Of a stretch of DNA of 32,000 nt, positions 1-10,366 are shown in pieces. Source of the stretch: Mycoplasma mycoides subsp. capri (GTDB lineage Bacteria; Bacillota_I; Bacilli_A; Mycoplasmatales; Mycoplasmataceae); NCBI RefSeq assembly GCF_018389705.1, contig NZ_CP065581.1, positions 990,001 through 1,022,000 of the forward strand, in the 5' to 3' direction. Position numbers and translations under genes: made by a program. Positions within the stretch are counted from its first letter, which is position 1. Each line of letters starts with the position of its first letter. The notes below the pieces were generated by a model. The model was not told where the DNA came from. It did no database searches and saw only the letters and a program-made list of their open reading frames with translations.

Positions 1-1043
1 TGACTATGAATAGAATGAGATTTTAAAATACCTGGAACTATATATTTATAAGTATTATTTGCACTTGTTTTGTATTTTTTAATATTAGGTTTTTTATCTA
101 ATTTATATTTATAAGAAATATCATCTAAATTATTATAATAAACATATTTATCTAAATTAGAATTACTTTTGTCTGATAATGAAGCAAATAAATTTTTATT
201 TTTAAAATTAAATACATCAACTAATTGATATGGAATTGATAATCAAGAATAAATTTGTCAAATATTTGAAGAACTATTTGAATAATTAACTACATCTTCT
301 AAATATTTAACTTGTTCTACACTAAACTCTTTATTATTAACTCCATTTGGTATTAAAAATAATTCATCTTTATGATTGTTTAAATAATAAGGTTCAACAT
401 TTACTTCATTTCCTGAATGATGATTTTTATATTCTTTATTAATATAAAAGCTAGCTTGATCAACATTAGATTTAACATTAATAGATAAAATCATTCCAAT
501 TAAGCTTAAAGGTACAAATAAAACAAATGGAATAATCATAGAAATCTTTTGAGCTAATTTATAACTTAATAACACTGTAAATAAACTAAATAATAAATAA
601 GTAATTAACCCAACAAATCCTAATAATAAACTAGTTAAAAATAAATATAAAAATGAATAAGTTGCATATAAAGATAAAAAACCACTAATTAATAAAGTTA
701 AAGATCAAATTAATCCAAAAAAGGTCAAGCATAATAATTTACCAATAATTAAAGATTTTCTAGTTAATGGTTTTGATAAACTAATTATTTCTAATCCTTC
801 TTGTTCAAGGTCTTTAAAAATATTTAAAGCTTTAATACAGCTAAAAACAACAGTTAAAGTAATTAAAATAAAAACATATAAAAAACTTAATAACTCTACG
901 TATTTATTATTAACTACAAACTTTAAAATAAGCCCAATAATTAATGAACTAACTAAAGTAAAAATGGGTAAAATTATTGAACTTTTTTTCTTTAAAATAG
1001 TGTAAAAAGCAAATTGTGAGTATTTAAAAGCATTCAGTTTCAT
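1..1043 (-). CDS. ABC-2-type permease-like polytopic membrane protein (3' end runs off the window)
   Basis: ATG at 1043. Track ORFs 705..1043 and 258..575 share one frame and are separated only by TGA (705-707, 258-260). I checked the frame by hand and it stays free of TAA/TAG down to position 3. The N-terminus MKLNAFKYSQFAFYTILKKKSSIILPIF is followed by several hydrophobic helices and a large Asn/Lys-rich polar loop. The family call rests on pattern only. Confidence 0.5.
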
Positions 1044-1115
1044 AAAATATCTTTCTAAAAATTAAAAGTCTTATTTATAAAAATTATAAATAAAATTATA
1101 ACAAAATCCAAGTTA

Positions 1116-1153
1116 TAACAAAAAAGACTTACATTTTTTTGTAAGTCTTTTTT
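1116..1153 (-). terminator. Rho-independent terminator after the YfcC-family gene
   Basis: Stem AGACTTAC (1125-1132) pairs with GTAAGTCT (1141-1148), extended by flanking A/T runs. The hairpin lies directly after the TAA at 1154-1156 and is followed by a U-run on the minus-strand transcript. Confidence 0.6.
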
Positions 1154-2920
1154 TTAAGATATTGAATCTGGTAATGCTCCACCAGTTAATAAAAGGATAA
1201 AACATAAAATAAATAAATATGAAATTATTGGTAACATTGCTTTTAAGTATTTAGCATAACTCATTCTAGATAATGAACAAGCTCCCATTACAACTCCTGA
1301 AGTTGGAGTAATTAGATTAACTAAACCTATTGCAAAAGTAAAGGCCATAATTGATCCAGATGAAGCATAAGCTTGTAATTGATTAGTTTTACTATCAACT
1401 AAAGATTTAGCAAGAAGTGGAAAAATAGTTGTTGCAAATCCAGATGAAGATGGAATTAAAAATCCTAGTGGAATAAATACTATAAATAAAACAATAACTT
1501 TAGCTGTTTGATTGTTAATCCCACCAATTGAATTTAAAATCCCTTTAACAAATAGAGATTGTAAATTAGTTTGAACTAAAATATATCCAACTCCAGCAGC
1601 TGTTGCTATTATAAATGCCACTGATAAAATGTCTGAAGCCCCTTCAAATCATTTTTTAATAAATGTAGCTTCACCAATTGAATTGATAATAGCTAATGTA
1701 ATTGAAGCTAATAAGAAAAATGCAGCAACATTATCTAAATCTCCATTTCCTCATCCGGGAATTAGAGCAGTTAAATAAGGAATATTTTTTTTAATTCAAA
1801 TAGCTTGATCTGCCATTTTAGTATTATTAAAAATTGAATCTCATCCAACTAAATAAAAAATCATTACTAAAAAACTAATTGCAAAAACAACTAAAGATAC
1901 TTTCTTTTTTCAATCTAGTTTTATAGTCTTACTTACATGAGCTAAAAAGAATTCTTTATCTCCTTCTAGTGTTGAAAAAGTCACAGATTTAGAAGGATTT
2001 TTTTTAACTTTTAAAGCATATAAAAGTGTAAAAGTAGTAGAAAAACTAGTTAAAATTAATCAACAAATTATTCTTCAAACTAAACCATCACCAATTGTTA
2101 ATTTAGCAGTTGAAGCATCAATTCCACTATTAATTGCAGAAACAGCAATTGGTATTGTAAATGGATTAACTGTTGATCCAATTACTCCAGTTCCAGCACC
2201 AACCATTAAAATTAAAACACCTGTAAAAACATCAAAGCCTGCCATTAACATAATAGGAATAAATATCATATAAAATCCTAATGTTTCTTCAGCAAATCCT
2301 TCAACAGTTCCAAATATTGAAAAAAACAACATTAAAGGAATAATTGCAAATGCTTCTTTTCCTTTTAGTTTAGCAATAATAGCTTGTGATAATCCTTCTA
2401 GTGCTTTTGTTGATACTAAAATATATAAAAAAGCACCAATTGAAATTGTAAAAATAATAATATTAGATTTTAAAACAAATCCTTTAATTGGAGCATAAAT
2501 TACATCAATTATACCAATTGGTTGAATTGGTACTAATCCATTAAAAATAGCATCTCCACTATGTTGAATTGTATAACTATCTTTTATTCAACCATGAGAA
2601 TTATAAACTCAGCCTAAAAAAGAATTGGAATTCATAAAATCAATTCAAGTTTGTGAATTTCCAGCAGTAATATTTGGATATTTACTAGTTCAAGCATTAT
2701 AAATAGGGCTTAAAATAGGATCATATTTTCAATCATTAAAACTAATTGTTTTAACTAAATCAGTTTTAGTTTTTGATCAATATAATATTCAAGAAACTAA
2801 CATTAAAACAAGCATAATTAAAAGAAGAATACTAAAAGAAGAAAGCATTTTTAAACGCTTTTTCTTTTTAATATTGCTATTAAAATTATTCATTTCTGTA
2901 TTCTCAACTTTAATATGCAT
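1154..2920 (-). CDS. YfcC/DcuC-family (C4-dicarboxylate anaerobic carrier type) membrane transporter
   Basis: ATG at 2920 (alternative at 2893), TAA at 1154-1156. Pieces 1154..1621 and 2075..2332 are in the same frame. Hand checks of 1622-1800 and 2761-2920 show only TGA interruptions. GFAEETLGFYMIFIPIMLMAGFDVFTGVLILMVGAGTGVIGSTVNPF is typical of this family. About 588 aa. Confidence 0.7.
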
Positions 2921-2988
2921 AAAGACTCTTTTCTAATATATACAAATTTAAATTATACTTAAAAAGTGCTAAACAAATAGCATTAAAT

Positions 2989-3702
2989 TTAAATTCCTTT
3001 AGAATTTAATATTTGTTGTAGTTCTTGATAGTTAGGTAAATAACTAGCTATATGTCTTCAAAAATCTTTTGAATGATTAGGATATAAAATATGAGTAAGT
3101 TCGTGAACAATTACATAATCAATAATTTCAATATTAAAATGTAATAGTTTTGTATTATAAATAATATGCTTTTTTTTAGAATAACACAACCCCCATTTTG
3201 CTTTCATCACTTTTACACTAACATTTTCAAAACTTAAATTCATTTTTTGACTTCAAATTAAAGTTCTACTAATGAATCAGTTTTTATACTCTTTAGCTAA
3301 AAAGTTATAAATTTTTTCTAATTGAATTTGATTATCATAATAGTTTTTAATTAGTATTTTATTATTATTTTTTTTAGGGTGAATGTTTTGATCAACTAGT
3401 TCTATATCAACAGGTTGTTCAAAAATTTTTATTCAAGGTTTATTAGTATAAAAATCATAAACTCTTAAAAACTCATAATTATTCTGAATTTTTATTATTC
3501 TTGATATGTGCTTATAAATGAATTGTTCAATTAAATAAATTGGTGTATTAATTGGAGCACTAATGATTATTTGATTATCAATTAATCTTAAAATTGTGTT
3601 TTTTTGATTTTTATAATGAACATAATAAGTTATTTTATTTCCTTGATAACTTAATTGGTGTTTTTCTTTAGACATTAAATTTAAAAAAGCATACATCTCC
3701 AT
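2989..3702 (-). CDS. DUF45/YgjP-like HEXXH metal-dependent hydrolase
   Basis: Pieces 3058..3243 and 3433..3702 share a frame. The TGA at 3058-3060 reads through to the TAA at 2989-2991. The HEXXH motif sits in VIVHELTHILYPNHSKDFW. The start may instead be the ATG at 3675, which overlaps the ychF stop (ATGTCTAA). Confidence 0.7.
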
Positions 3703-4762
3703 CTTGCATTATGTATGTCTTTCCTTCTAAACGCATTTTACCAGCTTCTTTAATTGCTTTTTCACTACCTAATACTAATAAATCATTAATCGAATAAATA
3801 TCAGCTTTAATAAATCCTTTTAAAAAATCAGTATGAATTACTCCAGCACATTTAGGAGCAGTTCAACCTTTTTTAAATTGCCAACTTCTTACTTCTTGAG
3901 GTCCTGCTGTAAAAAATGTTTGTAATCCTAAAGTATCATAAGCTGCTCTAATTAATTGATCTAAACCAGATTCTTTAATTCCTAATTCTTTTAAAAATTC
4001 AATTTTTTCTTCTTTTGAAGCTTCAGATAAATCTTCTTCTATTTTTGCACAAATTTTAACTACTTGAGAATTTGATTTTTCTGCAAATTGTCTAACTTTT
4101 TTAACATAATCATTATCTTCTAATAATTCAGTATCACTAACATTACATACATAAATAATTGGTTTACTAGTTAGTAATTGATAACTTTTTAAAAGATCAG
4201 TTTGTTCTTCATCTAAAGTTAAACTGTTTAATAAAATTCCTTTATTTAAAGTATCTAATAAATAGTTTAAAAGATCATATTCAACTTTAGCTACTTTATC
4301 ACCTGATTTAAATTTAGGTAATATTTTATCAAGACGTTTTTTAACTGTTGTTTGATCTGCTAGCATTAATTCTAAATTAATAATTTCAATATCTCTGATT
4401 GGGTCAATACTATTTTCTACGTGCATAATTTCTTTATCATCAAAACATCTAACAACTTGACAAATAGCATCAGTTTGTCTAATGTTTGCTAAAAAAGCAT
4501 TACCTAAACCTTCTCCTTGACTAGCTCCAGCAATAAGTCCTGCAATATCAACAAATTCAATAGTTGTAGCTACTCTTTTTTTAGAATTAAAGATTTTAAA
4601 TAATTCATCTAATCTATAATCTGGAACTTCAACAATCCCTACATTTGGTTCTATAGTTGCAAAAGGATAATTTGCAGCTTCAACTTTTGAATTAGTAATT
4701 GCATTAAATAGTGTAGATTTTCCAACATTTGGTAGACCAACAATTCCTACTTGTAATCCCAT
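3668..4762 (-). CDS. ychF: Ribosome-binding ATPase YchF (Obg-like GTPase family)
   Basis: P-loop GIVGLPNVGKSTLFNAIT. After read-through of the TGA at 3863-3865 the canonical YchF C-terminus follows (TAPKCAGVIHTDFLKGFIKADIYS...GKMRLEGKTYIMQDGDVCFFKFNV), ending at the TAA at 3668-3670. 364 aa. Confidence 0.95.
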
Positions 4763-4797
4763 ATTATTTACCTTTCTATTTTTTAATAATGATTAAT

Positions 4798-4998
4798 TTA
4801 TTTAATAGTTTTTTTAATGATTTTTTTTAATTGCATTTTTAAAGTTTGTCTGTTTAATTCAATAAACAAATCAAATTGATCACAACTTCTAAATTTATAT
4901 TTAGCTCCAATTCTGATTAATTCTCATCTTATTGTTTTACTTGGATGAGGTTTTTTTAATTCAATAATATCTCCAATTTCAAGCTCTTCATAGTTCAT
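4798..4998 (-). CDS. DUF951 (YyzM-like) small protein, absent from the supplied ORF track
   Basis: Hand translation gives MNYEELEIGDIIELKKPHPSKTIRWELIRIGAKYKFRSCDQFDLFIELNRQTLKMQLKKIIKKTIK (66 aa, one internal TGA). The GD-I-x-E/M-KKPHP...RW-x-I-x-R-x-GA core matches DUF951. It sits between rsmG and ychF, 1 nt after the rsmG stop. Confidence 0.8.
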
Positions 4999-4999
4999 A

Positions 5000-5695
5000 T
5001 TATTTACTCTCTTTTAAAATTTGTTGATATTTTCTTGGATATAAATTATTGGTGTGATTTATCTTTTTATAAAACAAATTAACTCTAGTTCCAAACCCTG
5101 TATCTTCTAATTCTTGAATATTGACTAATTTTAAGTTCATTTTTTGATCTTTATTTTTTAAATCTTTAATTTCTTGATAAGCTTTAGGTCCTTTTAATAA
5201 AATAAACATTCCATCAACTTTAACTAATTGCACACCCAATTCTAAAATAATATCTAAATAAGCAACAGCTCGTGAAATTACTATATCAAATTGTTCTTTA
5301 TACTCATTTAGTTCTTCAGCTCTTTTATTTAAAATTTCAACATCATTTAATTCTAATTTTTGAACTAAATATTTTAAAAAATTAGCTTTTTTATTATTGG
5401 ATTCAATTAAAGTTAATTTAATATTTGGAAAAAAGATTTTTAAAACAACTCCAGGAAAACCAGCACCAGTTCCAATATCAGCTATTTCTTGATCTGTTAT
5501 TTGAAATTGTTCAACAAACAATAAAGAATCTAAAAAGTGTTTTTCAAAAACTTCATTTAGTTGTGTAATTCTTGTTAAGTTATACTTTTGATTTTCTTGT
5601 ATTAAAATTTGATAATAAAGATTAAGCTTATTTTTAATTTCTTGATTTATAGTAAAGTTTTTATAATTTAAAAATATATCTCAATTACTAAACAT
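5000..5695 (-). CDS. rsmG: 16S rRNA (guanine527-N7)-methyltransferase RsmG (GidB)
   Basis: ATG at 5695, TAA at 5000-5002. SAM-binding motif DIGTGAGFPGVVLKI. N-terminal part MFSNWDIFLNYKNF...LTRITQLNEVFEKHFLDSL. 231 aa. Confidence 0.9.
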
Positions 5696-6291
5696 TAAAA
5701 TAAATTAGATCTTGCTTTTAAAAAGTAAATAACTCCACTATAAATACTAAAAAATGTTGCAATATACATCGGAATCAAAACTAATTGATTTTGTCAATCT
5801 CATTCACTTCAACCAAATATTTTTAAATTAACAAAAAATAATAATGATAATCCAATCATTTGAAAAGTAGTTTTTAATTTCCCGCCCATTCCAGCAGCTA
5901 AAGTAATTCCTTTTGAACTTAAGATCATTCTAATAAAATCAATAAAAGTATCCCTTAAAATTAAAACCACTGTCATTCAAATTGGTAAAACACCTAAACT
6001 AGAGAATAATATTAAAGTAGCATTTACTAATAATTTATCTGCAATTGGATCAAAAAATTTACCAAAATTAGTTACTAAATTATATTTTCTAGCAATTCAT
6101 CCATCTAAAAAATCAGTTAAAGAAGCAATAATAAAAATAGCTCCTGAAATAAATCAAGCAAATTTACTAAAATTAGTAAATACTAAGGCATTCACATAAT
6201 GATCAACTAGTAATAAAACAATAATAATTGGTACTAAAACTATTCTAATAGTTGTTAAAATGTTTGGAAGATTAATTGTTTTTTGTTTCAT
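5695..6291 (-). CDS. pgsA: CDP-diacylglycerol--glycerol-3-phosphate 3-phosphatidyltransferase
   Basis: [29 protein letters not shown] is an exact D-x2-D-G-x2-A-R-x8-G-x3-D-x3-D CDP-alcohol phosphatidyltransferase motif. The ATG at 6291 is preceded by AAGGTGA. The TAA at 5695-5697 overlaps the rsmG ATG (TAATG). Confidence 0.85.
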
Positions 6292-6370
6292 AACATCACC
6301 TTTTTTAATATACATATAAATTTTAAAAAAATAGAATATGTTTTGCACTAAATATATTATAAAACCTAAA

Positions 6371-6408
6371 TTTAACAAAAATAAAACCTACACTAAACTG
6401 TAGGTTTT
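6371..6408 (-). terminator. Rho-independent terminator of APC permease 1
   Basis: AAAACCTACA (6383-6392) pairs with TGTAGGTTTT (6399-6408), loop CTAAAC. ATTTTTGTT follows on the minus transcript. The permease TAG (6393-6395) lies in the loop. Confidence 0.6.
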
Positions 6409-7973
6409 GCTATGATTTGAATTTCAGGATTTTCTAAATCATATTTTTTTCTTCTTTTTTCTTGAATACATCAAAATATAAAGACAGAACCAAGTTCTAA
6501 TAAAGTTAATAAAATAAATAACGGACCTTGGTAGTAATTACTTGTAAACCAATTTGAATTATTATTATTTTTATTAATCACATCTAGTGGAACAAGTATA
6601 GTAAATAAACTCATTGTTACAAATAAAACTAAACAACAAGCTGCAATTGATCCTAAAACTACAAATCCTTTTTTCTTTTCTACTTCTACTTTATTAGTTT
6701 TTCTATTAAATAAAGCTCCAATTATTAAAGTAATTATCATTATAAATGATAAACACGCATTAGAAGTGGCAATTATTTGAATTGGATAAATTAATCCATT
6801 TGTTGAACTAACTGCTTGTTCAACTGTTGCTGTATTTGTTAGTCCAACTGTTGCTAAAGTTCCAACTAAAATAAATGTCGAATAAATAGCTGTAGCAACA
6901 CTAACTTGAATTATTGCAATTCTTTTTGCTGAAATATTTTTTTGTGAAGTTAAATATAATTTATCAATAACATCTGATTCAATAACTACAAATGAAACAT
7001 AAGATAAATTATTAGCTCCGATTGAACATATTATTATAATAATCACTGAAGTTAAAATATTAGCTACTCTTGATAATGTGCTACTATCACTAGAGCTTAA
7101 AACTTTACCACCATTAAATAATTTTTCTAATAAAGCACCAATTGATCCATCTGGAGAACCCATTAGTAATGAAACGGCTATTAAAGTATAAAATACTGAA
7201 ACAAAGATCATTCCAAAAATTAAAGCTTTTGGAACAACGTCTTTATATTTTGCTTTTCTTTGTGAATTACAAATAAAAATAAACCCATCAAAAGCAAATA
7301 GAATTCCACCAAAACCTCTAAAAAATAATAGTGGATTAAAATTGTTTGTTGATCATTCAACTTTAGAAGTGCCACCGGTTGGATTAGTTATATTAATTCC
7401 ACCACTTAAAAAAGCACCATTTTGATCAAATAAAACTACACCTGCAATAAGTGCAATTGCTAAAGGTATAAATTTAAAAATTGTTCCGAATGCTTGATAC
7501 TTTCTAGATATTGAAAGATCAAAAACATTAATTAAAGCATTAATTATTATTATTGCAATTCCTGTTGTTAAAAATATTAATAAGAAATGTATCCCTTTTA
7601 GTTGCACAGTACTAAACATCATCAAAATAAATGTTATAAAAAATGAAATAAACATTGATTGCATTACTGGTAAATAAAAAAAGGCATTTAAGATTGCAAA
7701 AAACGATCCAACTTTTCTATTAATAAATAGTTTAGTTCAAACTCCAATAGTTCCACTTCCACCATTTTTTGTTGATGAAGCTATTTCTAAAAATAAATAA
7801 ACCATTGAAACACAAACTGAACCAACTATGATTCATAGAATTATTGCTATTATAGGATTTCTTGTATCAAATAAAATTTCTTTATTTTTAAAATATACTC
7901 CAGCTCCAACAACAGAACCAATCGTCATTGCAAATAAAGTTAAAAATTCTAGTAATTTTCCTTTATTTTTCAT
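6393..7973 (-). CDS. APC-family amino acid permease (paralog 1)
   Basis: ATG at 7973 with a GGAAGGG RBS. I verified by hand that pieces 6471..7211 and 7353..7664 and the flanking segments are joined only by TGA. FFRGFGGILFAFDGF and about 12 hydrophobic helices. 526 aa. Confidence 0.85.
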
Positions 7974-8080
7974 TATTTCCCTTCCTTTCTTTTTATATAT
8001 ATACTTATAAGTTCAAGTCTATTAATAATGATAATAACACATTCTAATTAATCATTACAACAACTATTTTGCTATTAAAT

Positions 8081-8105
8081 AAAAAAAGACTTCTTAAAGA
8101 AGTCT
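8081..8105 (-). terminator. Rho-independent terminator
   Basis: AGACTTC (8087-8093) pairs with GAAGTCT (8099-8105). A U7 run follows on the minus transcript (plus-strand A-run 8081-8087). It lies 14 nt after the TAA at 8119-8121. Confidence 0.6.
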
Positions 8106-8118
8106 AATAAATTAATAG

Positions 8119-8799
8119 TTATGATCTAATTATTTTTTTAATCAATACTTTTACTCTTTTATAAATTATACAAAAAATTGCATGATTAACTACTAATTTA
8201 ATAATTGTAAACATAAACGTTACAGCTAGTATTGGACCAAATGGTTTTGGTACTTTATATAAATCAAATATAAATGTAGCATTTGAAATATAAGCTACTA
8301 GACCACCAAATAAAGTAGCTATTACTGAAGCAAATACAACAAATAAAATTTCAAATTTTGCAAAAGCTTCACTTTTATTTGATTCGATAAACATTTTTTT
8401 AACAATATAAAACACTGTTGCAAAACCAATAATTGCTGAACTATCAACTAGCATTAATGATAATAAACCAATAGGCTCACTACCTAATAATAGTCTCATT
8501 CAAACTGAAGCAACTGTAAAAATTAAGCTTCAAAATAGATTAGTTGCAGTTAATACTACAGTTGAAACTCAATAGTTAATTTCTAATTTTAAATAAGGTG
8601 CACTTAGAAATATAACTAATGCTCCCATTACATATTTAGAAAATAAAGTAAGTAAGATTTGTAAAGCAAGTAGAGTTGCTAATAGTGCAATTTTATTAGT
8701 AGATAATAAAAAATATTGTCTTAGTGATTGAACTCTTTTGATTTTTTTATCTTTTTGAAGTTCTAAATTATTATCTTTTTTCTCTTTGTATGTGATCAT
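8119..8799 (-). CDS. Small 5-6 TM membrane protein, ECF-transporter S-component-like
   Basis: Pieces 8119..8499 and 8569..8799 are in one frame, joined by TGA. 226 aa. A basic N-terminal tail is followed by STNKIALLATLLALQILLTLF and further helices, which resembles substrate-capture (S) components. The family assignment is tentative. The start overlaps the end of permease 2 by 29 nt. Confidence 0.5.
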
Positions 8800-10309
8800 T
8801 TTTCAAACAAAGACCTCCTATAAGTCTTTTGTTTTGATTATATCAAAGGATGGCTACAAAAATTAAACCTAAAACCATTAATAATAAGAATAAAGGACCT
8901 TGAGAATGTTGAGCTGTTCATCAACTATCTCCATTTCTAATAACACCTAATGGAACTATAAAAGTAAATAATCCCATTGATGAAAAGAAAATAAATGTAA
9001 TTAATCCAAATATTGCTAAAGGGATAAATCCTTTAATTTTTTTAACTTCTACTTTATTAGTTTTTCTATTAACAAGAGCAGCTACTATTAAACTAGCCAT
9101 CATTGCAAATGATAAACAAGAACAAGTTGATGACATAATTTGAATTAAATACAACATCCCAGAAGCTGAATCAGTAGCATTTCCTACTTCAATTTGTTTA
9201 TTTAAACTAATAGAAGAACTAGCTCCAACTATAATAAAAATTGCAAAAATAGCATAAGAAATTACACCTTGAATTAAACCAATCTTTTTAAAACGGTGTT
9301 TATCATCAACTGATTTTATATAACTTAAACCATCAATAACATCTGATTCTAATCCAGCCATTCCAATATATGAATAAGCATTTAATCCTAAAAAGCAAAT
9401 AATCATTGAAATAATTGCAACCATTACTTTAACAGTTTGATTTACTTGAGTTTTTAATGGTTGACCGTTATTAAATACTCTTTCTAATAATTGTTCAATA
9501 GATCCATCTGGTGAACCTAAAATTAGTGAAATTGACATTATTAAATAAAATACAGCAGCAAACGCCATAGCTGAAACTAATGCAATTGGTACTACATCTT
9601 GATGTTTTGCTCTTTTTTTAGAATTACAAATATAAATAAATCCATCAAAAGCAAATAAAATTCCACCAAAACCTCTAAAAAATAATAATGGGTCAAAATC
9701 GTGTTTAGTTCAACTTTTAGTTGCATCAATTCCTCTAACATCAACTCCATTATTTTGTAGTGCACCAAAATGATCAGCTAGAATAAATCCTGCAAATAAT
9801 GCAATAATTAATGGAAAGAATTTAAAACCTGTTCCAAAAATTTGAACTGCTTTAGAACCTTTAATACTAAAGACATTTAATATATTGGTTAATAAAATAA
9901 TAACTGCACCAACTAGTAAAAAAATTAATAAATATTGATAACCATATAATTTAAGATCAAAAATATTTAAAAAATAAGATAATAAAGCTGAAGTAAAAAT
10001 TGCTTGATTTACAGGAGCATAAAACATTGTTTGAAAATTAGCAAAAAAAGAACCAACTCTATGCCCAAAAAAAGCTCTTGATCAAGAACCAATAGTTCCA
10101 TTTTTTGTTGATGAAGATATTTCTAAAAATAAATAAACTACAGCTATACAAGAAATTCCAACTGCAGTTCATAATACTATAGCAATTATTGGGTTGTGTG
10201 TTTCAATTAAAATATCTCTATTTTTAACATAAATACCAGATCCAACAATTGTCCCAACAGACATCATAAACAAAGTTAGAAATTCAAAAAATCTAGACTT
10301 GTTTTTCAT
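8771..10309 (-). CDS. APC-family amino acid permease (paralog 2)
   Basis: ATG at 10309. Pieces 8921..9568 and 9710..10027 are in frame. Two TGA codons at 8918-8923 read through to the TAA at 8771-8773. The N-terminus MKNKSRFFEFLTLFMMSVGTIVGSGIYVKNRDIL is colinear with paralog 1 (MKNKGKLLEFLTLFAMTIGSVVGAGVYFKNKEIL). 512 aa. Confidence 0.85.
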
Positions 10310-10366
10310 ATATTAAACCTTTCTTTTAATTTTAAAGTTATCATAAATTCTAAAAATATAATAGTT

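Noticed and set aside
6154-6378. Longer pgsA start at 6378 (MLNLGFIIYLVQ...)
   Set aside because: That extension is read from the promoter-like AT-rich region and has no RBS. The internal ATG at 6291 is preceded by AAGGTGA and gives the normal N-terminus [17 protein letters not shown].
7828-8010. Plus-strand 60-aa ORF. The ORFs 10473..10655 and 11967..12185 on the plus strand fall in the same class.
   Set aside because: All three are antisense to verified transporter or ATPase CDSs and are short and hydrophobic or low-complexity.
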